From NCBI GenBank assembly GCA_029258885.1, contig JAPDJW010000002.1:256001-320000 (forward strand): a stretch of 64,000 nt of DNA, written 5' to 3'. The translations under genes and the position numbers were made by a program. Below, in pieces: positions 49,501 through 61,616 of this stretch (position 1 is its first letter; every line of letters starts with the position of its first letter). This stretch comes from Thermoproteota archaeon. Its GTDB lineage: Archaea > Thermoproteota > Thermoprotei > Thermofilales > B9-G17. The notes beneath the pieces were generated by a model, which was not told where the DNA came from, did not search any database, and saw only the letters and a list, made by a program, of their open reading frames with translations.

Positions 49501-49989
49501 CTACACGTACTTTTTGAGAAGCTTCACAATCTCCGAAGTTTCCTTGTACAAATAAAACCTCCTTAAGTAAGAGATTGCATCAACCTCTTCCGCAAGCACC
49601 TTCATTTTATCCAAGTAATTTTCCATATCTCGTAGTATGAACCTAAGCGGTCTTACTCGAACACTTAATTCATCAACATTCAAATCCTCGTACACATCAA
49701 AAGGTGGAACTAAGTAATAACATTGAGGTGTACCTATATACAGGTCAGCTTTTTCCCATCTCAATATTTCAGAGCTTAAATACTCGTGAAAATCCTTGTG
49801 CATTCTCTTAAACTCATTGAATTTGAAGTCCTTCGGAATAACCAAATCCACAATTTCTGTTTCCTTCACAACAACATCCTGTAACAGTAGTGCTGTTCTA
49901 TCGACTACAACAAAATCTCTGAGGGAAAAACTGGGATCTAACGACTTAGAAAATTCCTTCAAAAGGGAGATTACTTCCGTTTTTCTCAT
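49501..49989 (-). CDS. Nucleotidyltransferase-superfamily-like protein (162 aa)
   Basis: Likely start MRKTEV (ATG 49989). FVVVDRTALLLQDVVVKETEIVDLVI resembles the vvvG..Al.l.G....t.DiD NTase signature. The track's longer N-terminus is CRISPR sequence. Confidence 0.5.
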   Translation of the reverse strand: MRKTEVISLLKEFSKSLDPSFSLRDFVVVDRTALLLQDVVVKETEIVDLVIPKDFKFNEFKRMHKDFHEYLSSEILRWEKADLYIGTPQCYYLVPPFDVYEDLNVDELSVRVRPLRFILRDMENYLDKMKVLAEEVDAISYLRRFYLYKETSEIVKLLKKYV

Positions 49990-50027
49990 ACAAGTCACAC
50001 CCCAATTATTTTTAATACAAGGAAAAA

Positions 50028-53000
50028 CTTTCAATATTCTCTTAAAATACACTATGTCGACTCTTGTCAGAGGCTTTAGGTCTGTTTTAACTCTTTTAAT
50101 ATTCTCTTGAAATACACCCATCTGCTGGAGCGCAGTACAGGGGTTGTAGTAAGATGTGCAATCTTTCAATATTCTCTTGAAATACTCCTAAAGAAGCTGA
50201 GAAGCTGACAAGGGAGTATGGTGACTTAGTATCTTTCAATATTCTCTTGAAATACTCTTATTGTGGGTGATAGTGTGGAGAGGTTTAGGCTACTTATTGC
50301 TTTCAATATTCTCTTGAAATACTCCACGTGGATATCGTGCTGGCTGTTATGGTTGAGTTCGCTATACTTTCAATATTCTCTTGAAATACTCGTGATGATG
50401 AAGTTTATACATTTAAAGTAAGTCGGAAGACGCTTTCAATATTCTCTTGAAATACTCCTGAAGAAGGAGGCTGAGAGGAAAAAGGTTTCTGTTAGCCTTT
50501 CAATATTCTCTTGAAATACTCAAGCCACGACGGTACAGCATACGTGGACAACATTAAGTTAAGCTTTCAATATTCTCTTGAAATACTCAGCTCTGTATAT
50601 CTATTATACAGCCAGTTAACTACTTCCCCTTTCAATATTCTCTTGAAATATTCTGTCGTGGCGTTCGTATCCGCCGCTAGAATGACCCTGCCCTCCCAGC
50701 CCGTCTTTCAATATTCTCTTGAAATACTCTAAGCTGAAATGCCACTACTATCCGGGCGGAAGATGTACACTTTCAATATTCTCTTGAAATACTCTGGTTT
50801 TTGTGGTAAGGAGACGGGAGACGACCGTGTATATATACTTTCAATATTCTCTTGAAATACTCGAAGTAATAGAATTGACAGTACGCTGGGCAAAACTCAG
50901 CCTACCTTTCAATATTCTCTTGAAATACTCCCTCTACACCAGTCATCCAATAACGGGCAATATTTGGCCTTTCAATATTCTCTTGAAATACTCTATCCGA
51001 TTGTTATTAGGGAGGATAGAGTTAAAGCGATGATTAATCTTTCAATATTCTCTTGAAATACTCTGACTGTGAGTGAATATCTGGATCTCCTGAAACTCGT
51101 TCACGTCTTTCAATATTCTCTTGAAATACTCTCAGCTACCTTTTCGCTCTCCTTGATTACATCTTCTAAATACTTTCAATATTCTCTTGAAATACTCTGA
51201 TAGCGTGCAGATCGAGTATCGAATAATTATATCTAACTTTCAATATTCTCTTGAAATACTCCTAAATTCGCTGGGAGACGCTGGAAGCTCGCCAAGTGAT
51301 CACTCCTTTCAATATTCTCTTGAAATACTCTCAACCATACGTCTAGCGAGTGGGGTGGACATGTTCTCACCTCCTACTTTCAATATTCTCTTGAAATACT
51401 CTGGAGAGCCTTCTCCGGTGGTTTGACAGAAGATTTATAGCTTTCAATATTCTCTTGAAATACTCCCCCCAAATCCCATACCGATGAAATATATTCAGTA
51501 TTTGCTGATAGCTTTCAATATTCTCTTGAAATACTCGCGAGCTCTCTCCTCAGTAAACCCTTGATGACTACAACCTTTCAATATTCTCTTGAAATACTCT
51601 TGAGATTGACGATTTCACGTATAAGTATGAGCGGTTCCTACTTTCAATATTCTCTTGAAATACTCGAGGGTAGGCTAGTATACTATGCAAAGCATGAGGA
51701 AGATCTTTCAATATTCTCTTGAAATACTCGATAATGGCGGGGGAAGTTTCTAAGGAAGTTTGGGAGTCTTTCAATATTCTCTTGAAATACTCGACTATAC
51801 ATCACCCGTAGCACACCTTCCAATGCGCGCTAGAGAAGACTTTACTTTCAATATTCTCTTGAAATACTCCTCCTCCCGCCCCACGATCCCAACCCCAAGA
51901 TAGTATTGTGTTCTTTCAATATTCTCTTGAAATACTCCGAGCATTATTACGATGCACACCCAAGGTTCATTTGTCCACTTTCAATATTCTCTTGAAATAC
52001 TCTAAAGTGGATGTGGGTTTACGCTAGGGAAAGAAAGGACACACTTTCAATATTCTCTTGAAATACTCTACATCACCTTATATTGTTATCCTTCTACCCA
52101 GTCTAAATACTTTCAATATTCTCTTGAAATACTCGTCCAAATGCTCAGATATTGTTATAAGTGTTTCATCAATTTCTTTCAATATTCTCTTGAAATACTC
52201 TCGGATTTTCTCGATTATCTACGGACAATACTATTCCACCTTTCAATATTCTCTTGAAATACTCGGAAAAGCCTTTTTTTCTTCACATGCTCCAGTGATT
52301 TAACTTTCAATATTCTCTTGAAATACTCTACTGTAAGTACTACATGGCCTACGCGGTAGCAATAATGAGGAGGCGGGTTCACTTTCAATATTCTCTTGAA
52401 ATACTCGCATCTACGACCCCCCACAACCCACGAGCAAGGAATTAGAAGCTTTCAATATTCTCTTGAAATACTCGCTGACTAGATTTTTAGCAGGTGGGGC
52501 ATTTGAATAATGACTTTCAATATTCTCTTGAAATACTCCTCCTAGGGATGTTGGGGAGTTGGTTGCTGAGAGGCTTGGTAAGCGACTTTCAATATTCTCT
52601 TGAAATACTCTAAACACTACAAGACCATGCTAACAGAGGAAGAGATCATAGAGAAGCTTTCAATATTCTCTTGAAATACTCTCAATATTCTCTTTGAGGA
52701 AAGAGGGGGAAATATCCGAGGAAGAATATATTCTTTCAATATTCTCTTGAAATACTCCCCCATGAAGCCGTTAAACCGAACAACGTATACGTTAAATTAC
52801 TTTCAATATTCTCTTGAAATACTCTGTTAGCTAAATATGAAAATTCATAGCTAAAATAAACACTTTCAATATTCTCTTGAAATACTCCACTGACTTTCTT
52901 CAGGTTTTTAACTCTGCGTTCTTGGACTTTCTTTCAATATTCTCTTGAAATACTCTTCCTCTATCTTATCCTTTTTGTCCTTCTTCACGGACTTCACTTT

Positions 53001-56000
53001 CAATATTCTCTTGAAATACTCAGGGCATGGCTCTAGACGTACCTAAGAATGAATATACACCAGCTTTCAATATTCTCTTGAAATACTCATCTTCTTCTCT
53101 AGGTCCTTAACCCTTTTAGACGACTTTCCTTTCAATATTCTCTTGAAATACTCAGATATCCAGGCATTTAGGTTCCGTTTCGGTAACGCCTTTCAATATT
53201 CTCTTGAAATACTCTAAAAGAAGAGGAAAAGTTAGCTATGCTGGATCTGCTTACTAACTTTCAATATTCTCTTGAAATACTCTCTTATTCACCCGAGCCA
53301 CGGCCTCTCTATTTTTTTTCACTTTCAATATTCTCTTGAAATACTCTTTACATCCTTGAACATTATACGCCATTCATCTACATCTTTCAATATTCTCTTG
53401 AAATACTCTTAGTGTCTCCATTTTTATCTTATATTGTTTCTGCAGCTGGAGTCTTTCAATATTCTCTTGAAATACTCTGCTGGTGTTTTCTTCGATGGTG
53501 GCTGCTGGCGTTGAATGGCTTTCAATATTCTCTTGAAATACTCAGTACGTATTTACACATATAGATGAATTCATAGTACTTGCGACTTTCAATATTCTCT
53601 TGAAATACTCGCGTGAAGTCTAGTTTTTTGAATGTTGTCTTATTATCAACTTTCAATATTCTCTTGAAATACTCGAGGAAAACTCTGAAAGAGGTTCAAA
53701 CCAGCAGTGTAACACCTTTCAATATTCTCTTGAAATACTCCCGCTGCAGTAAACAACTGTGTAAATTCACACTAGAAGAAATAACTTTCAATATTCTCTT
53801 GAAATACTCGTTACAATCAGCAGACCAGACTTCGAATACGCAGTTCTATACTTTCAATATTCTCTTGAAATACTCGTTTCAGAGGGGATGATGATCTTCA
53901 TCGGTTACAGTCTCAGCCTTTCAATATTCTCTTGAAATACTCTTTATACTCCCTTCTATATCTTATTTCTGAAAAACTAACTTTCAATATTCTCTTGAAA
54001 TACTCACAAGAAAAACGAGAACTACTAAGCATATGTAAAAGCTATGAGACTTTCAATATTCTCTTGAAATACTCCGGGGTTAGGCGGATACTTCCTCTGC
54101 TTAAGCTCCCACGCTTTCAATATTCTCTTGAAATACTCAAACTAAAATTCGAGGAATTCTGGGGAGTTTCTCCGGAGACTTTCAATATTCTCTTGAAATA
54201 CTCAATGAAGAAGGTGCCATGCCTCGTCGAGAAGATGACTACTTTCAATATTCTCTTGAAATACTCACTTAATGTTATCCACGTGTGTTGTACCATCGTG
54301 GCTTCTGACTTTCAATATTCTCTTGAAATACTCCTTAAAAAGTATATCTACGACCCGGAGTGCCACTGGGTTGCTTTCAATATTCTCTTGAAATACTCGC
54401 CACTAATAGATACGGTGGGGGCCCCCGCACAGAACATTATACTTTCAATATTCTCTTGAAATACTCAAACCAGAGAACCTCAGGGTAGACGTTACGGAAT
54501 TACCTGCTACTTTCAATATTCTCTTGAAATACTCGATTCGTAACTGTGTTAATGCAACCGCCATCCTTCGTATATACGACTTTCAATATTCTCTTGAAAT
54601 ACTCTCCTACAATCCTTCTCTCCTATATTCAAGTCCATCCCGACTTTCAATATTCTCTTGAAATACTCAATTCAATTAGCTCATCAAGGATAGTAGGGAT
54701 TACTCCTCTCTTTCAATATTCTCTTGAAATACTCCAAGAGGATAGTTAAAGCTGGTATCCATCCATTAGAGAAGAGCTTTCAATATTCTCTTGAAATACT
54801 CTACCGAGAAGAACAATAGCATTATTGTGCTAACATGCATTTCTTTCAATATTCTCTTGAAATACTCCGACAGCGTAAACAAAACGTGCAGCATGAAGCC
54901 GTGTAAACTGCTTTCAATATTCTCTTGAAATACTCATCGAATGTTGCATCAATGGTTGTTCAGAGCGGTACATCTTTCAATATTCTCTTGAAATACTCGA
55001 CAGGTCAAGTGTCTTACCTATGAAATTAACCTCTACCTCTACAGAGTACTTTCAATATTCTCTTGAAATACTCAACTAGTAACTATTAAGGTTAGAGGAG
55101 AGAATGGTAGAGCTTTCAATATTCTCTTGAAATACTCGTATGGTCGCAATCCGACCTCTTAAGGATATAGTAGATAAGTCTTTCAATATTCTCTTGAAAT
55201 ACTCTCCAGCGTTCATTTATGTGAAAAAATTGGAGGTGGGAGTACTTTCAATATTCTCTTGAAATACTCGTCATGTCCAACTGTCCTATGGACGCGGCCT
55301 CTAAAAGCACTTTCAATATTCTCTTGAAATACTCTCATACGTACCCGTCACGTATGTCTTGTAACTGTTAAACCTTTCAATATTCTCTTGAAATACTCAA
55401 TTGCTAGGTATCATATTGCATCTACCCAGCATCTAGCATCTTTCAATATTCTCTTGAAATACTCAAGAAGGGTGAACTTACACTAGGTGAGTTACTGACT
55501 ACTTTCAATATTCTCTTGAAATACTCTTACCCGAGAATGTCATTATCGTTACTTCTCGGGCGAATTCCTTTCAATATTCTCTTGAAATACTCAAGTTTTC
55601 TTCATTTCTGCGACCACCCTATAGATTTTTTAACTTTCAATATTCTCTTGAAATACTCGGAGCCAGCGAAAGTGAAGCCGAAGATACCCCGCGGAATAGC
55701 TTTCAATATTCTCTTGAAATACTCTAATCCAGATAGGATAAATATGGTGATTGTAGACACAAACTTTCAATATTCTCTTGAAATACTCTAAGGAGAAAAT
55801 GTGGAAGGAATGGGGGGAGTATCCAACTTTCAATATTCTCTTGAAATACTCCGAGAAATACACCGCGTTTCAAAAACTCTAAGGCCTGCTACTGAGCTTT
55901 CAATATTCTCTTGAAATACTCTTCACGATTTTTACCGTTATTGAATCGATATCCTGCTTTCAATATTCTCTTGAAATACTCGGACGCCACATTCGACGAC

Positions 56001-57227
56001 CAAATACAGACGCTAATAAATGACTTTCAATATTCTCTTGAAATACTCGAAGCTGTCGCCTAAAACATTAAAGCGGCTTAAAGTACTTTCAATATTCTCT
56101 TGAAATACTCAGAGGGCGTCAAGAGGTCGAGGGAGAAATGAGTGAGGTTATCTTTCAATATTCTCTTGAAATACTCCCTCTGCAGATAACAGGCGGCACA
56201 GTGAATGTTTCAGTAGCTCTTTCAATATTCTCTTGAAATACTCAGCTGGATATTAAAAGTGCTAGAAGAACGTTATAGAATTAGGACGGCTTTCAATATT
56301 CTCTTGAAATACTCCTTCTCGAGCCATTTTCTCCTATCTATTTTTAATACGCCCTTTCAATATTCTCTTGAAATACTCTTCGTCTGCGGGAAGCGTAGCT
56401 GGATATATAACTATATTTGTCTTTCAATATTCTCTTGAAATACTCTTGTGCTTACGGCTCCTGTGGGCGCAAGATATGCATGGTACTTTCAATATTCTCT
56501 TGAAATACTCCCCTGATATTTTCAATAATATACTTTAGATACTCTGGTTTATCTAGCGTATCTTTCAATATTCTCTTGAAATACTCCAAGTGAATAATTA
56601 TACACTCGGAGTATATAATAATGATGAAACCTTTCAATATTCTCTTGAAATACTCCTATAATACCAAACTGCCTACAGGTTCTCTCGATTTCCTTTCAAT
56701 ATTCTCTTGAAATACTCTCCAAATTTATTTTAACCATGCCTTCACCTACAGCTTCTTTCAATATTCTCTTGAAATACTCTCGCTTAATACTAAGCAGCAT
56801 GACATTATAACATGCACTTTCAATATTCTCTTGAAATACTCCTGGCGGTAGTATCGGTGTGGAGGCTTATGTCGGCGACTACTTTCAATATTCTCTTGAA
56901 ATACTCATGTAGCTATATTCTCCGTGTGGTCGATAAGATGATCTTTCAATATTCTCTTGAAATACTCTTGTCCACGTACGCCGAACCGTCGTGGCTTTGT
57001 ATCTTTAGTTCTTTCAATATTCTCTTGAAATACTCGAGTGTAAATACAAATGTCCGTACTGCGGTCAAGAATTCCTTTCAATATTCTCTTGAAATACTCG
57101 TGGTGCATTATCTAGGTCTAGTGTTCTGCTTTCCTTAGCTCTTTCAATATTCTCTTGAAATACTCTGGCTTACGCTGATGTTTCCGCAGTACAGAATCAT
57201 TACTTTCAATATTCTCTTGAAATACTC
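50028..57227 (-). CRISPR. CRISPR array, 25-nt repeat GAGTATTTCAAGAGAATATTGAAAG, about 109 repeats / 108 spacers of 35-53 nt
   Basis: Manual count of CTTTCAATATTCTCTTGAAATACTC on the + strand. The two trailer copies (50028, 50093) are degenerate, with a single variant at 50629; leader at the high-coordinate end. Confidence 0.98.
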
Positions 57228-57351
57228 CTATATGTTATTTTTCTCTTTTTGTATTTATTTGTTTTTATGAAATGGTTAGGTTCTTTTAAATTGTGCGCGT
57301 CTCTATCCTGTTATGATTGTAGCATGGATGCGCACGTTTTATTTTTTCTCT
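57228..57351 (-). promoter_or_regulatory. CRISPR leader
   Basis: AT-rich non-coding sequence abutting the last perfect repeat, opposite the degenerate end; TTTAAAAG TATA-like element on the minus strand. Confidence 0.8.
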
Positions 57352-58035
57352 TTATATTATTTTTGAGTATGTTTCTAGGAGTATTCTCCCTAGTGGTGTT
57401 AGTTTTAGTGTTTTTGGTCGTTTTGATAACTCCTCTAGTAGTCCTGCGTATATTAGGTCTTGGGCTTGTCGGCTTATGCTTGATAGATCCTTATTCATCT
57501 TCCTTGCTAGCTCGTTCATAGGTATCTCGCCAACATTCGCTACCGTTTCTAATAGCTTAATTTTGCCCTTAGTTAATTCATCTATCGCGAATATTAGCTC
57601 CGATAGCATTGATATGTCCACTATATTCTCGAAATTCTCTGTCTCAACTTCTATCTTAATGTTTGGATTTCTATAGGATCTACAGGCAAGCATTACCGCT
57701 AATAGCAACTCTATTATGAGTATACGCATACCACCGCTTAAATTAACCACAACCTCATCGTATGTTTCAACTATACCCCTTATCGCTGGTATAAGTTTGA
57801 GCAATGCATCCGCAAAATCGTATACATTCACTGTATCCTCCTTAACCTCTACCTCCCTGCCATGATATTTGAAAACAAAATCCTTAACTGACCTAATAGC
57901 CTTCAAAGCCTTCTCCCCGATTGGCTCAAGAGTGAATAGAAAGAGTTTATCACCAGGATTCAAGCCCTCCCTAGTAATCATCCTTATTATAAATTTTTCA
58001 TCAAACCCTACGGTAGCCACTAAGGCTTTAGCCAT
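57352..58035 (-). CDS. csa3: CRISPR-associated CARF-wHTH transcription regulator Csa3
   Basis: VATVGFDEKFIIR, VVNLSGGMR, C-terminal MarR-like HTH. Confidence 0.88.
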   Translation of the reverse strand: MAKALVATVGFDEKFIIRMITREGLNPGDKLFLFTLEPIGEKALKAIRSVKDFVFKYHGREVEVKEDTVNVYDFADALLKLIPAIRGIVETYDEVVVNLSGGMRILIIELLLAVMLACRSYRNPNIKIEVETENFENIVDISMLSELIFAIDELTKGKIKLLETVANVGEIPMNELARKMNKDLSSISRQAQDLIYAGLLEELSKRPKTLKLTPLGRILLETYSKII

Positions 58036-58325
58036 AGCAACACCACAATATTAACAATTTAACTGAAACATAAATTTACTGAAAATTATCCTTTATGGCT
58101 TTTAAGTTACTAAAGATATAGCGATTCAGTTTAAATAATAGTGTTATGGATAGATGAAAGCTAATAATTAGCTACCCAATTTACTTGAATTATTTTTGCA
58201 TTTTTCCTTCTAAATTGTATCTGTCATACATAATTTTATGTTTTTGTCTTTTAATTTTTTGATATTTACAAATTTTTCATCTAAAAGAATATAAGTCAGT
58301 TTTACCATAAATATGAGGGGGTTCG

Positions 58326-58730
58326 ATGAACTCTCATAATAGAGAAATTATTTCAAGGATTTTTTCAGAGGAAGATTTAAAAAAAGCATTTGATAAATGT
58401 GTACGCTATCTTGCTGCTTATAGAATTGTTGAGGGTAACTTAGGTCTATTTGATAAGATGGCTAGATGTAGAGACTATAATGATTTTGTTAGCGCCATCT
58501 ATGAAGCTATGCGTGTAAAAGACAGAGTCCTCTCAAAACTTATCGAGGGAGTCGAGAAAAATCAATACGAGTTAATATTTAGGATTGAGGGCGATCTAAG
58601 AAAAGTCTTTGATATAGGCCAAGAGGATGTTGAAAAAATCTTTAAGTCTGCACTGGAAAACCCCCGAGTTGTTGGAACTGTTTTAGCCTCTCTCGCTTTA
58701 GCTTATAGTGGAATTCGTGTTAAGGGGTGA
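58326..58730 (+). CDS. csa5: Type I-A small subunit Csa5 (Cas11)
   Basis: 134-aa helical protein directly before cas7; FDKMARC...FVSAIYEAMR; LASLALA at the C-terminus. Confidence 0.7.
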   Translation: MNSHNREIISRIFSEEDLKKAFDKCVRYLAAYRIVEGNLGLFDKMARCRDYNDFVSAIYEAMRVKDRVLSKLIEGVEKNQYELIFRIEGDLRKVFDIGQEDVEKIFKSALENPRVVGTVLASLALAYSGIRVKG

Positions 58731-58736
58731 GAAAAT

Positions 58737-59702
58737 ATGGTTTATATACGGGTTTCGGGTAGGGCTATCGTAAATATTCATAGCGCTAATGCTGAAGGAT
58801 CTGTCGGAAACTATATGGGCTTAACAAAAATGTTTATTGTTCGCAGGACTCAGGATGGATACAATATTGTAGAGGATGTAGTAATTTCAGGTAACATGCT
58901 TAAACATTGGCATGCAGTCCGAGTAGTTGAAAGATTAAGAGATTTGAAATATAAAAAACTATGTAAATATTGTTCTAGATTTGTAATGTACAGATCTACG
59001 CTTGGATTTAAAGATGAATATGAGTTTATTAATGCTTGTGCTATAGAGGATCTTCACGGATTTCTTCAGCCGGATACTCAGGTTAGGAGAGAAAGTCTCG
59101 TGAAATTTGCTTTTATGATACCTATTGAGGAGATGAGAGCAGAATATGCTTCGGTAACTCATAATAGGGTAGTGGTAACGGAGAAAGGCAATATTCCTGC
59201 AAGAGAGCAGGCTATGATGGTTTTCAAGAGGGAATACGCGAGTGGAATCTATGGTTTTCTCTGTACAATGGATTTAGCATATGTGGGACGGCCCTTAGCT
59301 GATCCTCTTAACCCTAATAAAACTCTACCATTAGATGATCGTAAAATTAGGGCAAAACAAGCTATTCTTGCATTATCAGACATACTTACTGGCAGGTTTG
59401 GTGCAGCGGCTTCAAGAGCTATACCTACAATTAAGACTGAGGAATTTCTAGGAGTTATTAGTAAGCAGGCAATACCTAACCTTATTCACGGTTTCTATAA
59501 GGACTATATTGAGGAAAGCGGCAGAATATTAAAGAATATTATTGAAAATAAAGGCATCGAAAATATTAAAGTTTACGTTTCTGGCAACAAACCCATCGCT
59601 ATCATGAAGAAAATTTTACCAGGAGAGGCTTTAGAGGTTTGTAATTCCCCACTAGAAGCCTTAGCTAAGATGGCTAAGGTGTCCGAAACTTGGCTTACGT
59701 AG
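58737..59702 (+). CDS. cas7: Type I-A Cas7 (Csa2/DevR)
   Basis: HSANAEGSVGN, VISGNMLKHWH, EDLHGFL, RRESLVKF, EYASGIYGF. Confidence 0.9.
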   Translation: MVYIRVSGRAIVNIHSANAEGSVGNYMGLTKMFIVRRTQDGYNIVEDVVISGNMLKHWHAVRVVERLRDLKYKKLCKYCSRFVMYRSTLGFKDEYEFINACAIEDLHGFLQPDTQVRRESLVKFAFMIPIEEMRAEYASVTHNRVVVTEKGNIPAREQAMMVFKREYASGIYGFLCTMDLAYVGRPLADPLNPNKTLPLDDRKIRAKQAILALSDILTGRFGAAASRAIPTIKTEEFLGVISKQAIPNLIHGFYKDYIEESGRILKNIIENKGIENIKVYVSGNKPIAIMKKILPGEALEVCNSPLEALAKMAKVSETWLT

Positions 59703-60514
59703 TTTTTGCTAAAATAAGATTTCCGATTTTTTCTATTAAACATCCAGAGGCATTTCAAATTAGATCATCGCTGTTCTTACCTCAACCTTCCACATTAATA
59801 GGAGCTTTAGCCTACTGTCTTGGAGTAAGTCAAAATATTGGATTAAATGCCTACAAGAGAGTTTTAGAGTATGTTTCAAACAAAAAAATCTTAGCAGCAA
59901 AGCCTTCACTTCTTAAAGATATTCCTCCCTTAACAGTTTCATCCATTGTTTTACGTAGATTTAGGATCGTTGATAAAGCATTTGAAACGAAGGAAAAGGG
60001 AGGAAGACCACCCATAAAGATACTTTATGAATATATCAATAAAGGAGAGATAGAGTCTGCAAGGAAAATAATCGAAGTTCAGCTAACTGATGCTTTTTAT
60101 AGAGAGTATATTTCTGGCTATGAAATTTTATGTGCTTGGGCTTTTAGAGATGACTTTGATTTTAATGAGGAACTGATCTACTTAATTCATAGGCTAGGAG
60201 ATACCGAATCTCTATGTAGCGTGATTAAAGTCTGGAAAGAGGAAGCTAAAGAAGCACGGAAGAAGATTATAGAAACTACTTTTGTTTCTCCTCTTAAGAA
60301 CGTGAAAACGTTGATTGGAAATTATGTAGCCATCAAAATGTGCAATGAACTGAGGAAGAAAGAGCTCTTCGCCATTCCGTATGAAATTACATACAGGAGT
60401 AGTGATGGTAAGCGCATTATGGTGATTAAGCCTACTACTATAAAAATTGAGTATGCATCTGAGGTGCCGGTTTTATGCACAAGCTATGGTGATATTGTTC
60501 AATTTCTGGGGTGA
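59690..60514 (+). CDS. cas5: Type I-A Cas5
   Basis: LPQPSTLIGALAY, REY, RLGDTESLCSV. Confidence 0.88.
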   Translation: MAYVVFAKIRFPIFSIKHPEAFQIRSSLFLPQPSTLIGALAYCLGVSQNIGLNAYKRVLEYVSNKKILAAKPSLLKDIPPLTVSSIVLRRFRIVDKAFETKEKGGRPPIKILYEYINKGEIESARKIIEVQLTDAFYREYISGYEILCAWAFRDDFDFNEELIYLIHRLGDTESLCSVIKVWKEEAKEARKKIIETTFVSPLKNVKTLIGNYVAIKMCNELRKKELFAIPYEITYRSSDGKRIMVIKPTTIKIEYASEVPVLCTSYGDIVQFLG

Positions 60515-60518
60515 AAAT

Positions 60519-61613
60519 ATGGTTTCCATATATACTCCAGGCCACTCCCTTTATACTGATTCCCTTATTATGTATGCAATAGTTTATTCTCTAAGAAACT
60601 TTTTTAATGAAAAATTCGACTTTAACGAAGATTTCGTAGCCGTAAATAGCATAGGTTCGGGCTTTAGAATTGATGTTAAAGACTTAGAATACGTGGATAT
60701 AGCTGAAGCTATCAGCAATGTTTTGATTGAGGAAAAAAGCGCTATTATAAGCTACCTATCTACTACTACAGAAGAGGCGCCATCTATAGGCCTATTTAAA
60801 GATAAAGATCTAAAGGTACTTGATTGTCTAACTAATTCACGCGAAGTTCTTAATTATCTTAGTAGGGAGCTAGCTACTCCTGGACACGCTCTTAAGGAGG
60901 GTAGAGAAGGAAAAGGTATTACTTTTAAGCTTCCTACCATGCCTTATGCTGGAAAATATCTTCATGCTGATATTACTAAATTTAGAAAGTATCCTGCTAA
61001 ATCCTATAAGACATGTAAATATTGTTTATCATTAGCTCTATTTGGATTAAAAGTTTCTTCTATGGTATTACGGTGGAGCAGGTCTAGATTTATAAACATA
61101 TTTTCCTTTGATGGTGAAGTAAATTCTGAATATTTTCGCGCCTTTTTTGAGTATATTAAGAGCGAGGAATACAAAGATGTCATTAGAACCTATGGTAAAG
61201 CAGTAGAAGATATACCTATGAGGAATCTAGCCTACTTCTTAGTATTGGAAGCTGGTAGTGATCTGCTTAGTATAATGAAGTCGATGTGTGCACGTTGGAT
61301 TACGTGTAGCGTTCTCTTTGAAATATCACGTGGAGTTCCTCAAATCCGAGGATATCAGGAAAATGATGTAAGTAGCATCGTTGAAAATAGCGTAAAAATG
61401 TTTGAATTGATTACATCACCTATCGAAATAATCCGATTAATAGGTAACTTAGTGAGGAGAGGTGAAGCTGAGGCATTAGATCATTTCTTCAACTTCCTGC
61501 GCTCTCCTAACTTAAATCATTTATACAATTTTGTGAGAGAATCTTATGTTTCTCGGAGCGAAACATTAATTTCAAGTAGTATTGTTTGGAACCTTATTAA
61601 ATTAGTTATATAG
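60519..61613 (+). CDS. cas8a: Type I-A large subunit Cas8a (Csa4/Cas8a2-like)
   Basis: Starts MVSIYTPGH (ATG 60519, 4 bp after the cas5 stop); CKYC motif; lies between cas5 and cas3'. Confidence 0.72.
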   Translation: MVSIYTPGHSLYTDSLIMYAIVYSLRNFFNEKFDFNEDFVAVNSIGSGFRIDVKDLEYVDIAEAISNVLIEEKSAIISYLSTTTEEAPSIGLFKDKDLKVLDCLTNSREVLNYLSRELATPGHALKEGREGKGITFKLPTMPYAGKYLHADITKFRKYPAKSYKTCKYCLSLALFGLKVSSMVLRWSRSRFINIFSFDGEVNSEYFRAFFEYIKSEEYKDVIRTYGKAVEDIPMRNLAYFLVLEAGSDLLSIMKSMCARWITCSVLFEISRGVPQIRGYQENDVSSIVENSVKMFELITSPIEIIRLIGNLVRRGEAEALDHFFNFLRSPNLNHLYNFVRESYVSRSETLISSSIVWNLIKLVI

Positions 61614-61616
61614 ATT

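Noticed and set aside
49990-50169. N-terminal 60 aa of the 222-aa track ORF 49501..50169
   Set aside because: Made of two degenerate repeats and spacers; the real start is more likely ATG 49989.
50170-57140. Many track ORFs inside the array (FNILLKYS, FQYSLEIL, EYFKRILK, VFQENIES repeats)
   Set aside because: They are translations of the CRISPR repeat, which lacks stops in several frames; not genes.
57249-57521. 90-aa hydrophobic ORF on the + strand
   Set aside because: T-rich leader plus csa3 antisense; the hydrophobicity is a composition artefact.
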